Positions 30,470-39,486 of a stretch of DNA of 64,000 nucleotides are shown one piece after another. The translations under genes were made by a program, and so were the position numbers. How positions within the stretch are numbered: position 1 is the stretch's first letter; every line of letters starts with the position of its first letter. The stretch is from Barnesiella sp. (GTDB lineage Bacteria; Bacteroidota; Bacteroidia; Bacteroidales; Barnesiellaceae_A). The notes under the pieces were generated by a model. The model did not search any database. It saw only the letters and a list, made by a program, of their open reading frames with translations, and was not told the DNA's origin. The DNA lies in the NCBI GenBank assembly GCA_045645425.1, contig JAZRIS010000026.1, positions 3,785-67,784 on the forward strand. The letters run 5' to 3'.

Positions 30470-32794
30470 CTACTCTCCTTTTTTATTGTAGCCATATCCA
30501 TAGCCTTGCTTGGCTGTTGTGGCGTTGATTACGAGCGATACGTTGCGCAAACGTTGTTCTGCCACGAGCGAGTTGCAGTAACGTATAGCGTCAATCTCGG
30601 TGTAGTTGGCACGGCATACATATATCACTGTATCGGCCAATCGCATGAGTGAGAACGAGTCTGATACCATGCCTACGGGAGCCGAGTCAATTACGATGTA
30701 GTCGTAGCGACTGCGCAACTCCTCAAAGAGCTTGTCCAAACGACCATTCAACAACAATTCGGCAGGGTTGGGCGGAATGGGACCGGCAAGAATTACATCA
30801 AGCTCGGGATTGATATTCGACGGCAAGATGATGTCGTCTATAGTGATATTTTCGGATGACAGATAGTTGGTCATACCATATTTGTTCTGCAAATTCATGT
30901 ATGAGCCCAACTGAGGACTGCGTATGTCAAGACCAATGATAATGGTGCGCTTGTTAAGCAACGAAAGCGAAACAGAGAGGTTGGTGCTGACAAAAGATTT
31001 TCCTTCGCCACTTACCGACGAGGTGAGTAGTATAACCTTGTCGTTCTTGCCGGTGAGGAGGAATTGAAGGTTGGTGCGCAATAGACGGAACAGCTCGGCA
31101 ATAGAGCTTGTGTCGCCTTTGTGAACAACAATCTTTTCTTTGGTAGTGTTGATACATACCTCTCCCAAAACAGGGATGTTTGTGATTTTTTCGAGCTCTT
31201 CCTTGGTGCTGAATTTGGTGCGGAACAGAGCCTTGACATACAAGTATGCCGAGGGAATAACCACGCCTATGATTGCCGCAATAAAGAGGAGCATTAAGGT
31301 GGACATATTAGATGGCTCGCTGTAGTTAAATGCGGCATCTACAATTTGACCCTTGGGTGATGCCATTGCCAATGTGATGGCGTTCTCTTCTTGTTTTTGG
31401 AGAAGGAAAATATATAGTTCCTCTTTGATTACCTTCTGGCGGTAGATAGATATAAATTCGCGTTCTTGCGATGGCATGGTGCGTATGCGAGAGAGGTATT
31501 TATCTTCTTGTGAACGCAAATCGTTGAGTGCTATCTCGGCGCTCTCTTTGGCAGTGTGAACGCTTGCTATTACGTTCTTTCGTGAGGCATCAATCTGATT
31601 TTCTATTAATTTCATTGCAGGGCTGCCGGGCTTGGCGCTGCTTATCATGTTGATGCGAGAAAGAGCCAATTTGTTGTATTCGCTGATGGCATTGCTGGGT
31701 GAGTCACCTATGTTAGAGGTGAATGGTATGAGCGCATAGCGATTGTCGGGTTGTGAAATAAATTCCAATATATAATCCAATACCTTCACCTCGGTTTCTG
31801 CCTCGATGAGCTTGGTGCGGAGGATGATATCGTTTTCGAGAATTGCTTTGGCTTCGACCTCTATGTCCGACAAGTTGTTCTCTTTTTTATAAAGTTCAAC
31901 AGCGCGTTCGGCAGTGTTGAGCTCGGCTTCGATAATGGCGAGGCGTTCATTGATGAAGAGAGCGGTGTTGCTGGCCTCGATATTTTTCTCTGTTATACCG
32001 CGTTCGTTGTATAGCTGAACGATAGAGTTGAGTAGGGCTTTACCTTGCTCGATATAGGGTGTCTCGTAGCTCAATCGTATCAAGTTGGCCATTTTACTTG
32101 GCATAAAAATTTCGATGGATTGAGCCAAATCCTCTGTGGCGATGTCGTAGCCTTTTACTATCAAGTTGTAACCATACTTCTCTCCGGGTATGTAGCTGTC
32201 GGTTGTAGTGATGACAAAATCGCCATATATACAGCTTACTGTGTCGGGTAGGGTTACGTTCTTTTTGTTTACCAACTTTTTGAAAAAGTTCTTTTTCAAG
32301 GTAATATCGGCAAGGCCGTCTTTGTCAATGAGTACCTTGAAGTTGAGCGAGCGCTTGAGTGTATCGCAAACGTTGTTGATGTCGATAATATCAAGAGCGT
32401 AGTCGGAGTGTTCTTTGTAGCGCACGAAGAAGTTCTCACGATATATGTGCTCGATGTTGAGATCCATTTTTTCGGCAGTTTGGCGCAACAATGAGTGTGA
32501 CGATATGATGGTAATCTCGTCATCTACGCTTGTTCCTTGTCCCATGATGCTACCCAGACCCATTTGATGCATGAATGCTCCTGCCATATTGCTGGATGAT
32601 GACATATCGGTGCGTATCATCACGTTGGCTTCGACAATGTATTTGTCAAGCGTTATTTTGGAGTATGTAAATGCCAATGCTACGCAGATAAATATAGAGA
32701 TGGCATACAAGTACCAATTTTTGGCAATAGAGGCAACTATATCTTGAATATTGATGCTTTCGTTATTCATATTGTTGTGCGATGAATTTTCCAT
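30470..32794 (-). CDS. wzc: polysaccharide co-polymerase / tyrosine autokinase (Wzc-like)
   Basis: 774 aa: two TM segments flanking a coiled-coil periplasmic domain, Walker A SSVSGEGKS, and a C-terminal tyrosine cluster GYGYGYNKK. Confidence 0.85.
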   Translation of the reverse strand: MENSSHNNMNNESINIQDIVASIAKNWYLYAISIFICVALAFTYSKITLDKYIVEANVMIRTDMSSSSNMAGAFMHQMGLGSIMGQGTSVDDEITIISSHSLLRQTAEKMDLNIEHIYRENFFVRYKEHSDYALDIIDINNVCDTLKRSLNFKVLIDKDGLADITLKKNFFKKLVNKKNVTLPDTVSCIYGDFVITTTDSYIPGEKYGYNLIVKGYDIATEDLAQSIEIFMPSKMANLIRLSYETPYIEQGKALLNSIVQLYNERGITEKNIEASNTALFINERLAIIEAELNTAERAVELYKKENNLSDIEVEAKAILENDIILRTKLIEAETEVKVLDYILEFISQPDNRYALIPFTSNIGDSPSNAISEYNKLALSRINMISSAKPGSPAMKLIENQIDASRKNVIASVHTAKESAEIALNDLRSQEDKYLSRIRTMPSQEREFISIYRQKVIKEELYIFLLQKQEENAITLAMASPKGQIVDAAFNYSEPSNMSTLMLLFIAAIIGVVIPSAYLYVKALFRTKFSTKEELEKITNIPVLGEVCINTTKEKIVVHKGDTSSIAELFRLLRTNLQFLLTGKNDKVILLTSSVSGEGKSFVSTNLSVSLSLLNKRTIIIGLDIRSPQLGSYMNLQNKYGMTNYLSSENITIDDIILPSNINPELDVILAGPIPPNPAELLLNGRLDKLFEELRSRYDYIVIDSAPVGMVSDSFSLMRLADTVIYVCRANYTEIDAIRYCNSLVAEQRLRNVSLVINATTAKQGYGYGYNKKGE

Positions 32795-32820
32795 ATATCG
32801 AGCAGATATTTAAGTCAGTA

Positions 32821-33630
32821 TTATTTAACAAACAAAGCGATACAGAGCGATACAATAACCGATGCTGCCGATGTAATGGCACTAACAATAGATACGGTGT
32901 ATTGCTTGTCTTGGCTATATCTTGCAACACCTTGACGAGCATCATTGGGCTCTACATATACAATGTCGTTGCGTTGTATGTAGTAGTAGGGCGATGTAAA
33001 GATGTCGGGTTGTGTGAGGTCGAGGCGGTGGAACGAACGTTCTCCGTCTTTCTCTCGGATGAGCAGTATGTTGGTGTGGTTGCCATATATGGTCATGTCG
33101 TTGGCCATGCCTAGAGCATCGAGGATGGTGAGGCGCTCACTGCCAAATTTGTATGAGCCGGGGCGGGTTACCTCTCCCAATATCGTGAACTTATAGTTGG
33201 TGCATTGTACGCTGATAATGGGGTTATCGACATAATTGCTTATCTCTTCCTTGAGCATGATGGTGAGCTCTTCGCGAGTCATGCCGCCTACCTTTATCTT
33301 GCCGAGAATGGGAAAGTCGATGTAACCTTCGTTATCGACAATGTATGTTTGCATTGAAGGTGTAGTTATCAACTGTGTTGTTCCGGGCGTAAGGAAGTTT
33401 TGTGTCGGGAGGTTGAATATGGCTACCGCGTTGGGGTCTAATGCCGACACTGTTATGGCTAACATATCATCCGGCTCTATGATACTTTGAAAGTTCTTGA
33501 GCGAGTCGGGTATGGTTTGTACTACATCTGCTGTTTCTGCCATGCCGGGAAAGTATATCATTTCCTTGTTGGGGGCGCAAGATGCGAGTAGTATGATTGT
33601 GGCAACGAGTGCGAGTATGTATTGTTTCAT
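32821..33630 (-). CDS. wza: polysaccharide export outer-membrane protein (Wza/BexD family)
   Basis: 269 aa with the lipobox LLASC and the PES-type motif IEPDDMLAITV...; ends with a C-terminal TM helix. Confidence 0.85.
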   Translation of the reverse strand: MKQYILALVATIILLASCAPNKEMIYFPGMAETADVVQTIPDSLKNFQSIIEPDDMLAITVSALDPNAVAIFNLPTQNFLTPGTTQLITTPSMQTYIVDNEGYIDFPILGKIKVGGMTREELTIMLKEEISNYVDNPIISVQCTNYKFTILGEVTRPGSYKFGSERLTILDALGMANDMTIYGNHTNILLIREKDGERSFHRLDLTQPDIFTSPYYYIQRNDIVYVEPNDARQGVARYSQDKQYTVSIVSAITSAASVIVSLCIALFVK

Positions 33631-33655
33631 AGGCCTAATTTTTTTAAAAACGGGG

Positions 33656-33663
33656 CAAAGATA
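33656..33663 (-). promoter_or_regulatory. -7 promoter box (TAtcTTTG on the minus strand) for the wza-wzc-wzx-wzy operon
   Basis: The plus strand reads caaagata, 26 nt upstream of the wza ATG. Confidence 0.5.
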
Positions 33664-33894
33664 TTGTTTTTTTCTTTATTATTCTCTTTTTTAACGTACA
33701 AATAGAGCCGTTTATTGTGTTTTATTTCAAATATTAGTGATGCAAAAATTTGCTCTGATGTTATTATGTTGATATATAGTGTGATAGGTGTGCTTGTTTT
33801 GTTTGATTTTTACATTTTTTATGGCATATTGTTTGTTGCTTCGATTTTGTTGATAAAGCGATGTTTTTTATGCTCTTTTTTGCAAATATTTTTC

Positions 33895-33902
33895 TAAATT
33901 TG
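33895..33902 (+). promoter_or_regulatory. -7 promoter box (TAaaTTTG) for the GT2-DUF4861 pair
   Basis: Exact TAnnTTTG 21-27 nt upstream of the TTG (33924) / ATG (33930) starts. Confidence 0.5.
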
Positions 33903-33923
33903 TGCAACTAAAATTGGATATTA

Positions 33924-35141
33924 TTGAGTATGTTTTTGACTGCCTTATGGGGATTTTCTCCTATACAAATTATCGTTTTTCTGGCACTTTTATTGCTGTT
34001 TATCATAGAGCTTTTCTATCTGTTTGCGATATATAATTCGTTGTATCGCTACACGCGTCGAGCGCAAGCCGGAGGTGTGAGCTATTTGCCCGACTTGCCT
34101 CCTGTGTCGGTGGTTGTCTATGCGCATGATGACGAGGCCGAGGGGTTGCACGATTTGTTGCCTCTCTTGTTGCAACAGGAATATCCTTGTTATGAGGTGA
34201 TTGTGGTCAATGATAGGGTTTCTTTTGAGGTGCAGAATATGATTGCTCTCTATGAGTGTGAGCATAAAAATCTCTATCAGACTGCGGTGCCCGAAACGGT
34301 CTATAATGTGAGTCGCAAGAAGTTGGGTATCACTCTTGGTGTGAAGGCTGCCAAGCACGATATAATAATTCTCACCGAGGCGTGTTGCAAGCCGCAGAGC
34401 AACAGTTGGTTGAGTAGTATTGCTCGTAATTTTGTGCCCGGTGTCGATGTCGTGTTGGGGCATACTCGCATGGTGGCAAAGGATGGCTCTCAACGACGTG
34501 GATTTGCCTCTTTCGACAGGATGCTTTTTGCGTTGCGTTATTTGGCTTATGCGGTCATCAAAAAGCCCTATATGGGCATGGGTTGCAACATGGCCTATCG
34601 CCGGTCGGTGTTTTTCGATAACAAGGGTTTTTCGGCAACACTCAATTTGCACTATGGCGATGACGATTTGTTGATAAATGAGATAGCCCACGGCGGTAAT
34701 ACTCGTGTTGAGTTGTCGCAAGAGAGTCTTGTAGATAACATTCGGGAGGATGTAGGCGAGGCGTGGAATGAGTTGCGTGCAAGATACCATTTTACATCCA
34801 AGTATTTGCACACTTCATCACGCTCGGTATATCTTATCGAAGATTGTTTGCATTTGCTTTTTGTACTCTCTTTTGCAGTTGCTATGGCTTTGCTTTTGCC
34901 CGGAGTTATTGCGGGGCTTGTGCCCGCTATAATAGCGCTCGCTGCGGTGATAGTGACAGTGTTGCTGTGGTGGCTCATAGAGTGGCGCGTGTATCGTCGC
35001 ATAGTGCGGTTGATGGGAGAGCCTGTAACGCCTTTTGTGGTGCCCTTGTATCAGTTGTTTCGACCCTTCTATCGCCTCTATTGCTCGTTGCGTGACAAGG
35101 GCAATAAGAAGAGCAATTTTACATGGCAACATCTGCGTTGA
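33924..35141 (+). CDS. membrane-anchored glycosyltransferase family 2
   Basis: 405 aa (TTG start; alternative ATG at 33930). N- and C-terminal TM helices flank a GT-A core VSVVVYAHDD...VIVVNDRVS...ILTEACCKP. Confidence 0.75.
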   Translation: MSMFLTALWGFSPIQIIVFLALLLLFIIELFYLFAIYNSLYRYTRRAQAGGVSYLPDLPPVSVVVYAHDDEAEGLHDLLPLLLQQEYPCYEVIVVNDRVSFEVQNMIALYECEHKNLYQTAVPETVYNVSRKKLGITLGVKAAKHDIIILTEACCKPQSNSWLSSIARNFVPGVDVVLGHTRMVAKDGSQRRGFASFDRMLFALRYLAYAVIKKPYMGMGCNMAYRRSVFFDNKGFSATLNLHYGDDDLLINEIAHGGNTRVELSQESLVDNIREDVGEAWNELRARYHFTSKYLHTSSRSVYLIEDCLHLLFVLSFAVAMALLLPGVIAGLVPAIIALAAVIVTVLLWWLIEWRVYRRIVRLMGEPVTPFVVPLYQLFRPFYRLYCSLRDKGNKKSNFTWQHLR

Positions 35142-35180
35142 TGTTGTGTTTGAATGATTACTTATAATAAAATATTGTAT

Positions 35181-36407
35181 ATGAAGCGAATTTTGTTTTT
35201 TCTTGCACTTGTTGCATTGATGCAATCTTGTGTAGATCGCAATGGCGTTGTAGTTGAGGTGCATAATCCTACAACCAAAGTAAGAATGAATGAGATGGTG
35301 GAACTTGACTATTCGGACCTCTTGTCGCGTTTGCAACTTGTTGATACCAATACTGTTGAGGTTCTCGACCATAGTGGTGAACAAGTGCCATATCAGATAA
35401 CACACGACAATAAATTGATTTTTATGCCGGCTCCCATCGAGGCGGGTATGGTGGGTCAATATAGGGTCGTTGAGGGTGAGCCTCAGGCCTATGATGTGCG
35501 TACCGTAGGAGCTCACTATCCCCAGCGAGTAGATGATATTGCTTGGGAGAATGGATGTATTGCATTTCGCACTTATGGCCCTGCCTTGCAGGCTTCGGGC
35601 GAGCGTGCGTTTGGATATGATGTGTGGGTAAAGTGTGTCGATTATCCTGTTGTTGCCGACAGATATGCCGATGAGCTCGATCCAAGAGTTCTTGCCGAAA
35701 TAGAGGAATTTAGGGTTACTGCTCCCAAGGTGGCAGCATCTCTTTATAATACTATTTCGTATCATGTCGATCATGGTAACGGCCTCGATTACTATAAGGT
35801 GGGCCCGACATTGGGTGCAGGTACGGCTGCTTTGCTTGATAATAATGGCGAGATTGTCTATCCCTATTGCTATGAGTCTTACGAGATACTCGACAATGGC
35901 CCGTTGCGATTTACAGTGAGCTTGCGATATGTTCCGTTTATATACAATAACGACACGGTGACCGAGTGTCGTGTCATTACGCTCGATGAAGGCAGTCAGT
36001 TGAACAAAATAAGTATCAAGTACTGTGGTCTTACAGCACAAGCTCCCGTTGTATCGGGCATTGTATTGCATGATGTAGATAGTGTGATGGATTATAGTGC
36101 CGAGGCGCATTATGCCGCCTATGCCGAGCGACCTGACAGTATCAACGGGCAAATGTTTTTGGGCATGGCATCGGCACAGCTGGTGCAAAGTGTGTCGCCC
36201 TGCTATTTTGATGATGCCGAGCGTGCCGATAGAGGTGCCGAAGGACATTTGTTGATGCACTATCTCTATGAGCCGGGCGAAGAGCTTACCTACTATGCCG
36301 GTGCCGGTTGGAGCAAATGGGGATTTGAAAGTGCCGAAGATTGGTTTGTATATATGCGCCATTATAGCGAGGCATTGGCTACTCCATTGCAAGTAACATT
36401 GCGCTGA
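35181..36407 (+). CDS. DUF4861 domain lipoprotein (second copy in the window)
   Basis: Start chosen at MKRILFFLALVALMQSC (lipobox); the ORF track starts at 35154. RVDDIAWENGCIAFRTYGPAL resembles the DUF4861 core. Confidence 0.55.
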   Translation: MKRILFFLALVALMQSCVDRNGVVVEVHNPTTKVRMNEMVELDYSDLLSRLQLVDTNTVEVLDHSGEQVPYQITHDNKLIFMPAPIEAGMVGQYRVVEGEPQAYDVRTVGAHYPQRVDDIAWENGCIAFRTYGPALQASGERAFGYDVWVKCVDYPVVADRYADELDPRVLAEIEEFRVTAPKVAASLYNTISYHVDHGNGLDYYKVGPTLGAGTAALLDNNGEIVYPYCYESYEILDNGPLRFTVSLRYVPFIYNNDTVTECRVITLDEGSQLNKISIKYCGLTAQAPVVSGIVLHDVDSVMDYSAEAHYAAYAERPDSINGQMFLGMASAQLVQSVSPCYFDDAERADRGAEGHLLMHYLYEPGEELTYYAGAGWSKWGFESAEDWFVYMRHYSEALATPLQVTLR

Positions 36408-36431
36408 TATTGTAGTTGTCTATAAAATAAT

Positions 36432-36463
36432 GAGGCATGGTCACTTCACGCTGACCATGCCTC
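36432..36463 (+). terminator. terminator hairpin after the DUF4861 gene
   Basis: 12-bp perfect stem gaggcatggtca / tgaccatgcctc with an 8-nt loop. The downstream T-tract is weak (tattatt). Confidence 0.55.
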
Positions 36464-36518
36464 TATTATTATATGTATATGTCGAGTGTTATATTTCTAT
36501 TGCCAATGGTATTGTCGC

Positions 36519-36806
36519 TTATAGGTCGCGAATGTTGAGTTTTATTTTTCCATCGACTTTGTTCAGTACATAGATACTTGAACGCAGTATGATGTATAGT
36601 TCCTCTTCTTCATCTACGATGGCGTAGATGTTGGCACGAGGAATATTGTTGAGGGGCGATTGTTCGTGTTCGAGAATAATAGCACTATCGGTAATGGTAA
36701 TGCCAAATTGTTGTGTATAGGGAGCTAATATAGTCTTAGCATCTATCTCTGCACCCGATGGTTGTGTAGAGGTATATTTTTCGTAAAGAGAGTTGAAATG
36801 TGCCAT
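36519..36806 (-). CDS. hypothetical small protein
   Basis: 95-aa ORF with no recognisable family. It sits between two terminators, and I saw no exact -7 box. Confidence 0.35.
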   Translation of the reverse strand: MAHFNSLYEKYTSTQPSGAEIDAKTILAPYTQQFGITITDSAIILEHEQSPLNNIPRANIYAIVDEEEELYIILRSSIYVLNKVDGKIKLNIRDL

Positions 36807-36859
36807 GATAACAGTATGAGTAAAACGAGGTAAGAGGAGTAGGTTGATGTGTAAATAAT

Positions 36860-36890
36860 AAAAGACTGCCCCGTTGCGGGGCAGTCTTTT
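36860..36890 (-). terminator. rho-independent terminator after the decarboxylase operon
   Basis: 13-bp perfect stem aaaagactgcccc / ggggcagtctttt with loop gttgc. The T-run is part of or follows the stem on the minus strand. Confidence 0.8.
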
Positions 36891-36904
36891 ATAGAGAATA
36901 AATA

Positions 36905-38065
36905 TTACAATAAGAAGCCAAGCAATACACCGGCGGCAACAGCCGAACCGATAACACCGGCCACATTGGGACCCATAGCGTGCATCAACAAGTAGTTGGT
37001 GGGGTCATATTCCAAACCAACGTGTTGTGAGATACGAGCCGAGTCGGGTACAGCCGATACACCTGAGTTACCAATGAGGGGATTAATTTTGTTCTCTTTC
37101 TTCAAGAAGAGGTTGAAGAACTTCACAAACAATACACCCGATGTGGTAGCGATGATAAATGAGAGCGCACCAAGACCAAAGATGAGGATTGAATCGACGG
37201 TGAGGAACTCAGAAGCTTGTGTAGAAGCACCTACGGTAACACCGAGCAAGATAGTGATAACGTCGATGAGCGGACCGCGAGCAGTCTCGGCCAAACGGCG
37301 AGTAACACCACTTTCTTTCAAAAGGTTACCGAAGAACAACATACCCAACAAAGGAAGACCTGAGGGCACGAGGAAGCAAGTGAGCAACAAACCGATGATG
37401 GGGAACATCACTTTCTCGGTGTGCGATACGGCGCGGGGAGGTTTCATGCGGATAACACGCTCTTTTGATGTAGTGAGGAGTCGCATGATGGGCGGTTGTA
37501 TTACAGGCACAAGAGCCATGTAAGAGTAAGCCGACACTGCGATAGCACCCATCAAGTTGGGAGCAAGTTTCGATGAAAGGAAGATAGCAGTAGGACCGTC
37601 AGCACCACCGATGATACCGATAGCACCTGCTTGCATGGGGTCGAAGCCGAGCGCAAGAGCAATCATGTATGCACCAAAGATACCAAATTGGGCAGCTGCA
37701 CCGATGAGCATCAATTTGGGGTTGGAGATAAGAGCCGAGAAGTCGGTCATAGCACCAATGCCCAAGAAGATGAGCGGGGGATACCATCCTTGTTGTACAC
37801 CTTGATAGAAGATGTTGAGTACCGAGCCTTGTTCATAAAGACCTACTTGCAAACCGGCATCCATGTTGAAGGGGATGTTACCGATGAGCATACCAAAGCC
37901 GATAGGAATAAGGAGCATAGGCTCAAATTCCTTCGCCACGGCGAGGTATATGAAGAATATACCGATGGCAATCATGGCAAAGTGTTGCCATGTAGCGTTA
38001 TAGATACCGGTATATGTCCAGAAGTCGCCGAGGTTTTGTACTAAAAATTCACCAAATCCTCCCAT
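36905..38065 (-). CDS. mmdB: Na+-translocating decarboxylase beta subunit (methylmalonyl-CoA/oxaloacetate decarboxylase)
   Basis: 386 aa, polytopic, with conserved OadB/MmdB blocks (GIIGGADGPTAIF, IGNSGVSAVP). Confidence 0.9.
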   Translation of the reverse strand: MGGFGEFLVQNLGDFWTYTGIYNATWQHFAMIAIGIFFIYLAVAKEFEPMLLIPIGFGMLIGNIPFNMDAGLQVGLYEQGSVLNIFYQGVQQGWYPPLIFLGIGAMTDFSALISNPKLMLIGAAAQFGIFGAYMIALALGFDPMQAGAIGIIGGADGPTAIFLSSKLAPNLMGAIAVSAYSYMALVPVIQPPIMRLLTTSKERVIRMKPPRAVSHTEKVMFPIIGLLLTCFLVPSGLPLLGMLFFGNLLKESGVTRRLAETARGPLIDVITILLGVTVGASTQASEFLTVDSILIFGLGALSFIIATTSGVLFVKFFNLFLKKENKINPLIGNSGVSAVPDSARISQHVGLEYDPTNYLLMHAMGPNVAGVIGSAVAAGVLLGFLL

Positions 38066-38066
38066 A

Positions 38067-38495
38067 TTACTCGATTGTTACGAGAGCGGCACCTTCGAGA
38101 ACCGATTCTCCTTGTTTAACACTGATAGATGCAATCTTACCATCGCGGTCGGCTTTGATGGCATTCTCCATTTTCATGGCTTCGAGAATGATGATTGTGT
38201 CGCCTTTCTTCACGGCGTCGCCAACATTAACCTTAACGTTGAGGATAACACCGGGGAGGGGCGATTTGATAGTGCCGGCACCGGCTGCTGCCGAGGGGCG
38301 GTTGAGTTGAGTAGTAGGAGCTGCGGGAGTTGTGGGGCGAGCTTTTACTACGGGTTTGGCAACAGTTTTTACCACTTTTTCCATTTCGACAAGGTAAGGA
38401 GTACCGTTTACCTCTACGTGAGCAACGTTTTCTTCGATATCTCCGATTGTTACCTTATAAATATTGCCGTTAATGGTATATTTATAGTCTTTCAT
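38067..38495 (-). CDS. mmdC: biotin carboxyl-carrier subunit of the decarboxylase
   Basis: 142 aa with an Ala/Pro-rich linker and the biotinyl-lysine motif LEAMKMEN. Confidence 0.85.
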   Translation of the reverse strand: MKDYKYTINGNIYKVTIGDIEENVAHVEVNGTPYLVEMEKVVKTVAKPVVKARPTTPAAPTTQLNRPSAAAGAGTIKSPLPGVILNVKVNVGDAVKKGDTIIILEAMKMENAIKADRDGKIASISVKQGESVLEGAALVTIE

Positions 38496-38525
38496 TTTTC
38501 TTAAATTTAAATGTTAGGGATTAGA

Positions 38526-39467
38526 TTATTTTCTGGGAAGGTCACGCAAAGAGTAAATCTTAGAGTTCCATGGAGAGTAACGACGCTCAACCTTTTGGAT
38601 GGTGAGCACGGTATCCTCATAGTCGTGTGCATCTTCTTGCATTTCGTGCATTGCCATGGCAATCGCAGCAAATACTTCACCGGGAGTAGCACCCTTGGCC
38701 ATAGCCTCTTTGGTTTCTTCTTCGTTGAGGCCTTTGGCTTTACTTGCTGTGCGCATAGCCCACCATGCCGAGATTTTGCCAATCGTGCGGAAGATGATGT
38801 AGAGCAACAACAAGCCCGAGAACACAACAGACATAGCAGAGATAGCCATACCTATACCGTTGGCATCTTGAGTTTTGAATTTATCGGTCTTTGCATTCTT
38901 GTCGAGCGTGTAGTTGTTGGTGCTGGGTGTTACATACTTGGTAGTACCTGCACCGCGTACTTCCCACTCGCTCTCGCCATCGATGGCACGAGCGTATGAT
39001 TGGTCGGCCGAAAGGATGTTGGCGGGAATAGTCACTTCGTTGAGAAGCTTGTTACCACCATCATAGATACCTATCCACGATTCTTTGGTGGGGTCGAGTG
39101 TGAAATTGACGTGGAATGTACCGCGATTGGGTTGTCCGTCGGCCCAGAAGAGAGTGTGCTGACGAGGAGGAACGAGTGTGAGCACGTCGCCTTTGGGGAT
39201 AAAGTAAACAGCAGTATCACCGGGTGTGTTGCTAAACTTGAGCGAGTGAGATGCTACGTTGTAGCTACCGTATGATTTGTTGAATAACTCTACCCATGCG
39301 CTGTGCATGCCATAGTCGTCTTGGTAGTTGGTTTCGTTGATCATCAATATCTCGTTGATGAGAATTTTGCTACCAACTTCCTCGCCTTCTACCGCGGGCT
39401 TACATGATGTAAATGCCACGACAACAGCAAGCAGCATGCTCAATATTCCAAATTTATTTTTGTTCAT
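38526..39467 (-). CDS. lamin-tail-domain / OadG-like small-subunit fusion protein of the decarboxylase
   Basis: 313 aa with the lipobox AFTSC and an LTD-like ILINEIL...WVELFN block. The OadG-like TM is GIGMAISAMSVVFSGLLLLYIIF, followed by a charged tail. Confidence 0.6.
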   Translation of the reverse strand: MNKNKFGILSMLLAVVVAFTSCKPAVEGEEVGSKILINEILMINETNYQDDYGMHSAWVELFNKSYGSYNVASHSLKFSNTPGDTAVYFIPKGDVLTLVPPRQHTLFWADGQPNRGTFHVNFTLDPTKESWIGIYDGGNKLLNEVTIPANILSADQSYARAIDGESEWEVRGAGTTKYVTPSTNNYTLDKNAKTDKFKTQDANGIGMAISAMSVVFSGLLLLYIIFRTIGKISAWWAMRTASKAKGLNEEETKEAMAKGATPGEVFAAIAMAMHEMQEDAHDYEDTVLTIQKVERRYSPWNSKIYSLRDLPRK

Positions 39468-39486
39468 ATTGATATGTTTTTAAGGA

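Noticed and set aside
33715-33897. 60-aa ORF in the divergent capsule promoter region
   Set aside because: It is very AT-rich, its product is hydrophobic and low-complexity, and it overlaps the promoter box for the GT2 gene. It is most likely a chance ORF in an AT-rich intergenic region.
33631-33923. Invertible (phase-variable) promoter for the capsule operon
   Set aside because: Bacteroides capsule promoters are often flanked by ~20-bp inverted repeats near a recombinase gene. I found only short AT-rich palindromes (for example gcaaaaatttgc) and no flanking inverted-repeat pair. There is no recombinase or UpxY gene in the window.
34818-36392. 524-aa ORF on the minus strand spanning the GT2 / DUF4861 genes
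   Set aside because: It is antisense to two ORFs with recognisable domains and signal/TM features. Its translation is a low-complexity H/I/R/C-rich string with no family resemblance. This is a typical shadow ORF caused by codon bias on the true coding strand.
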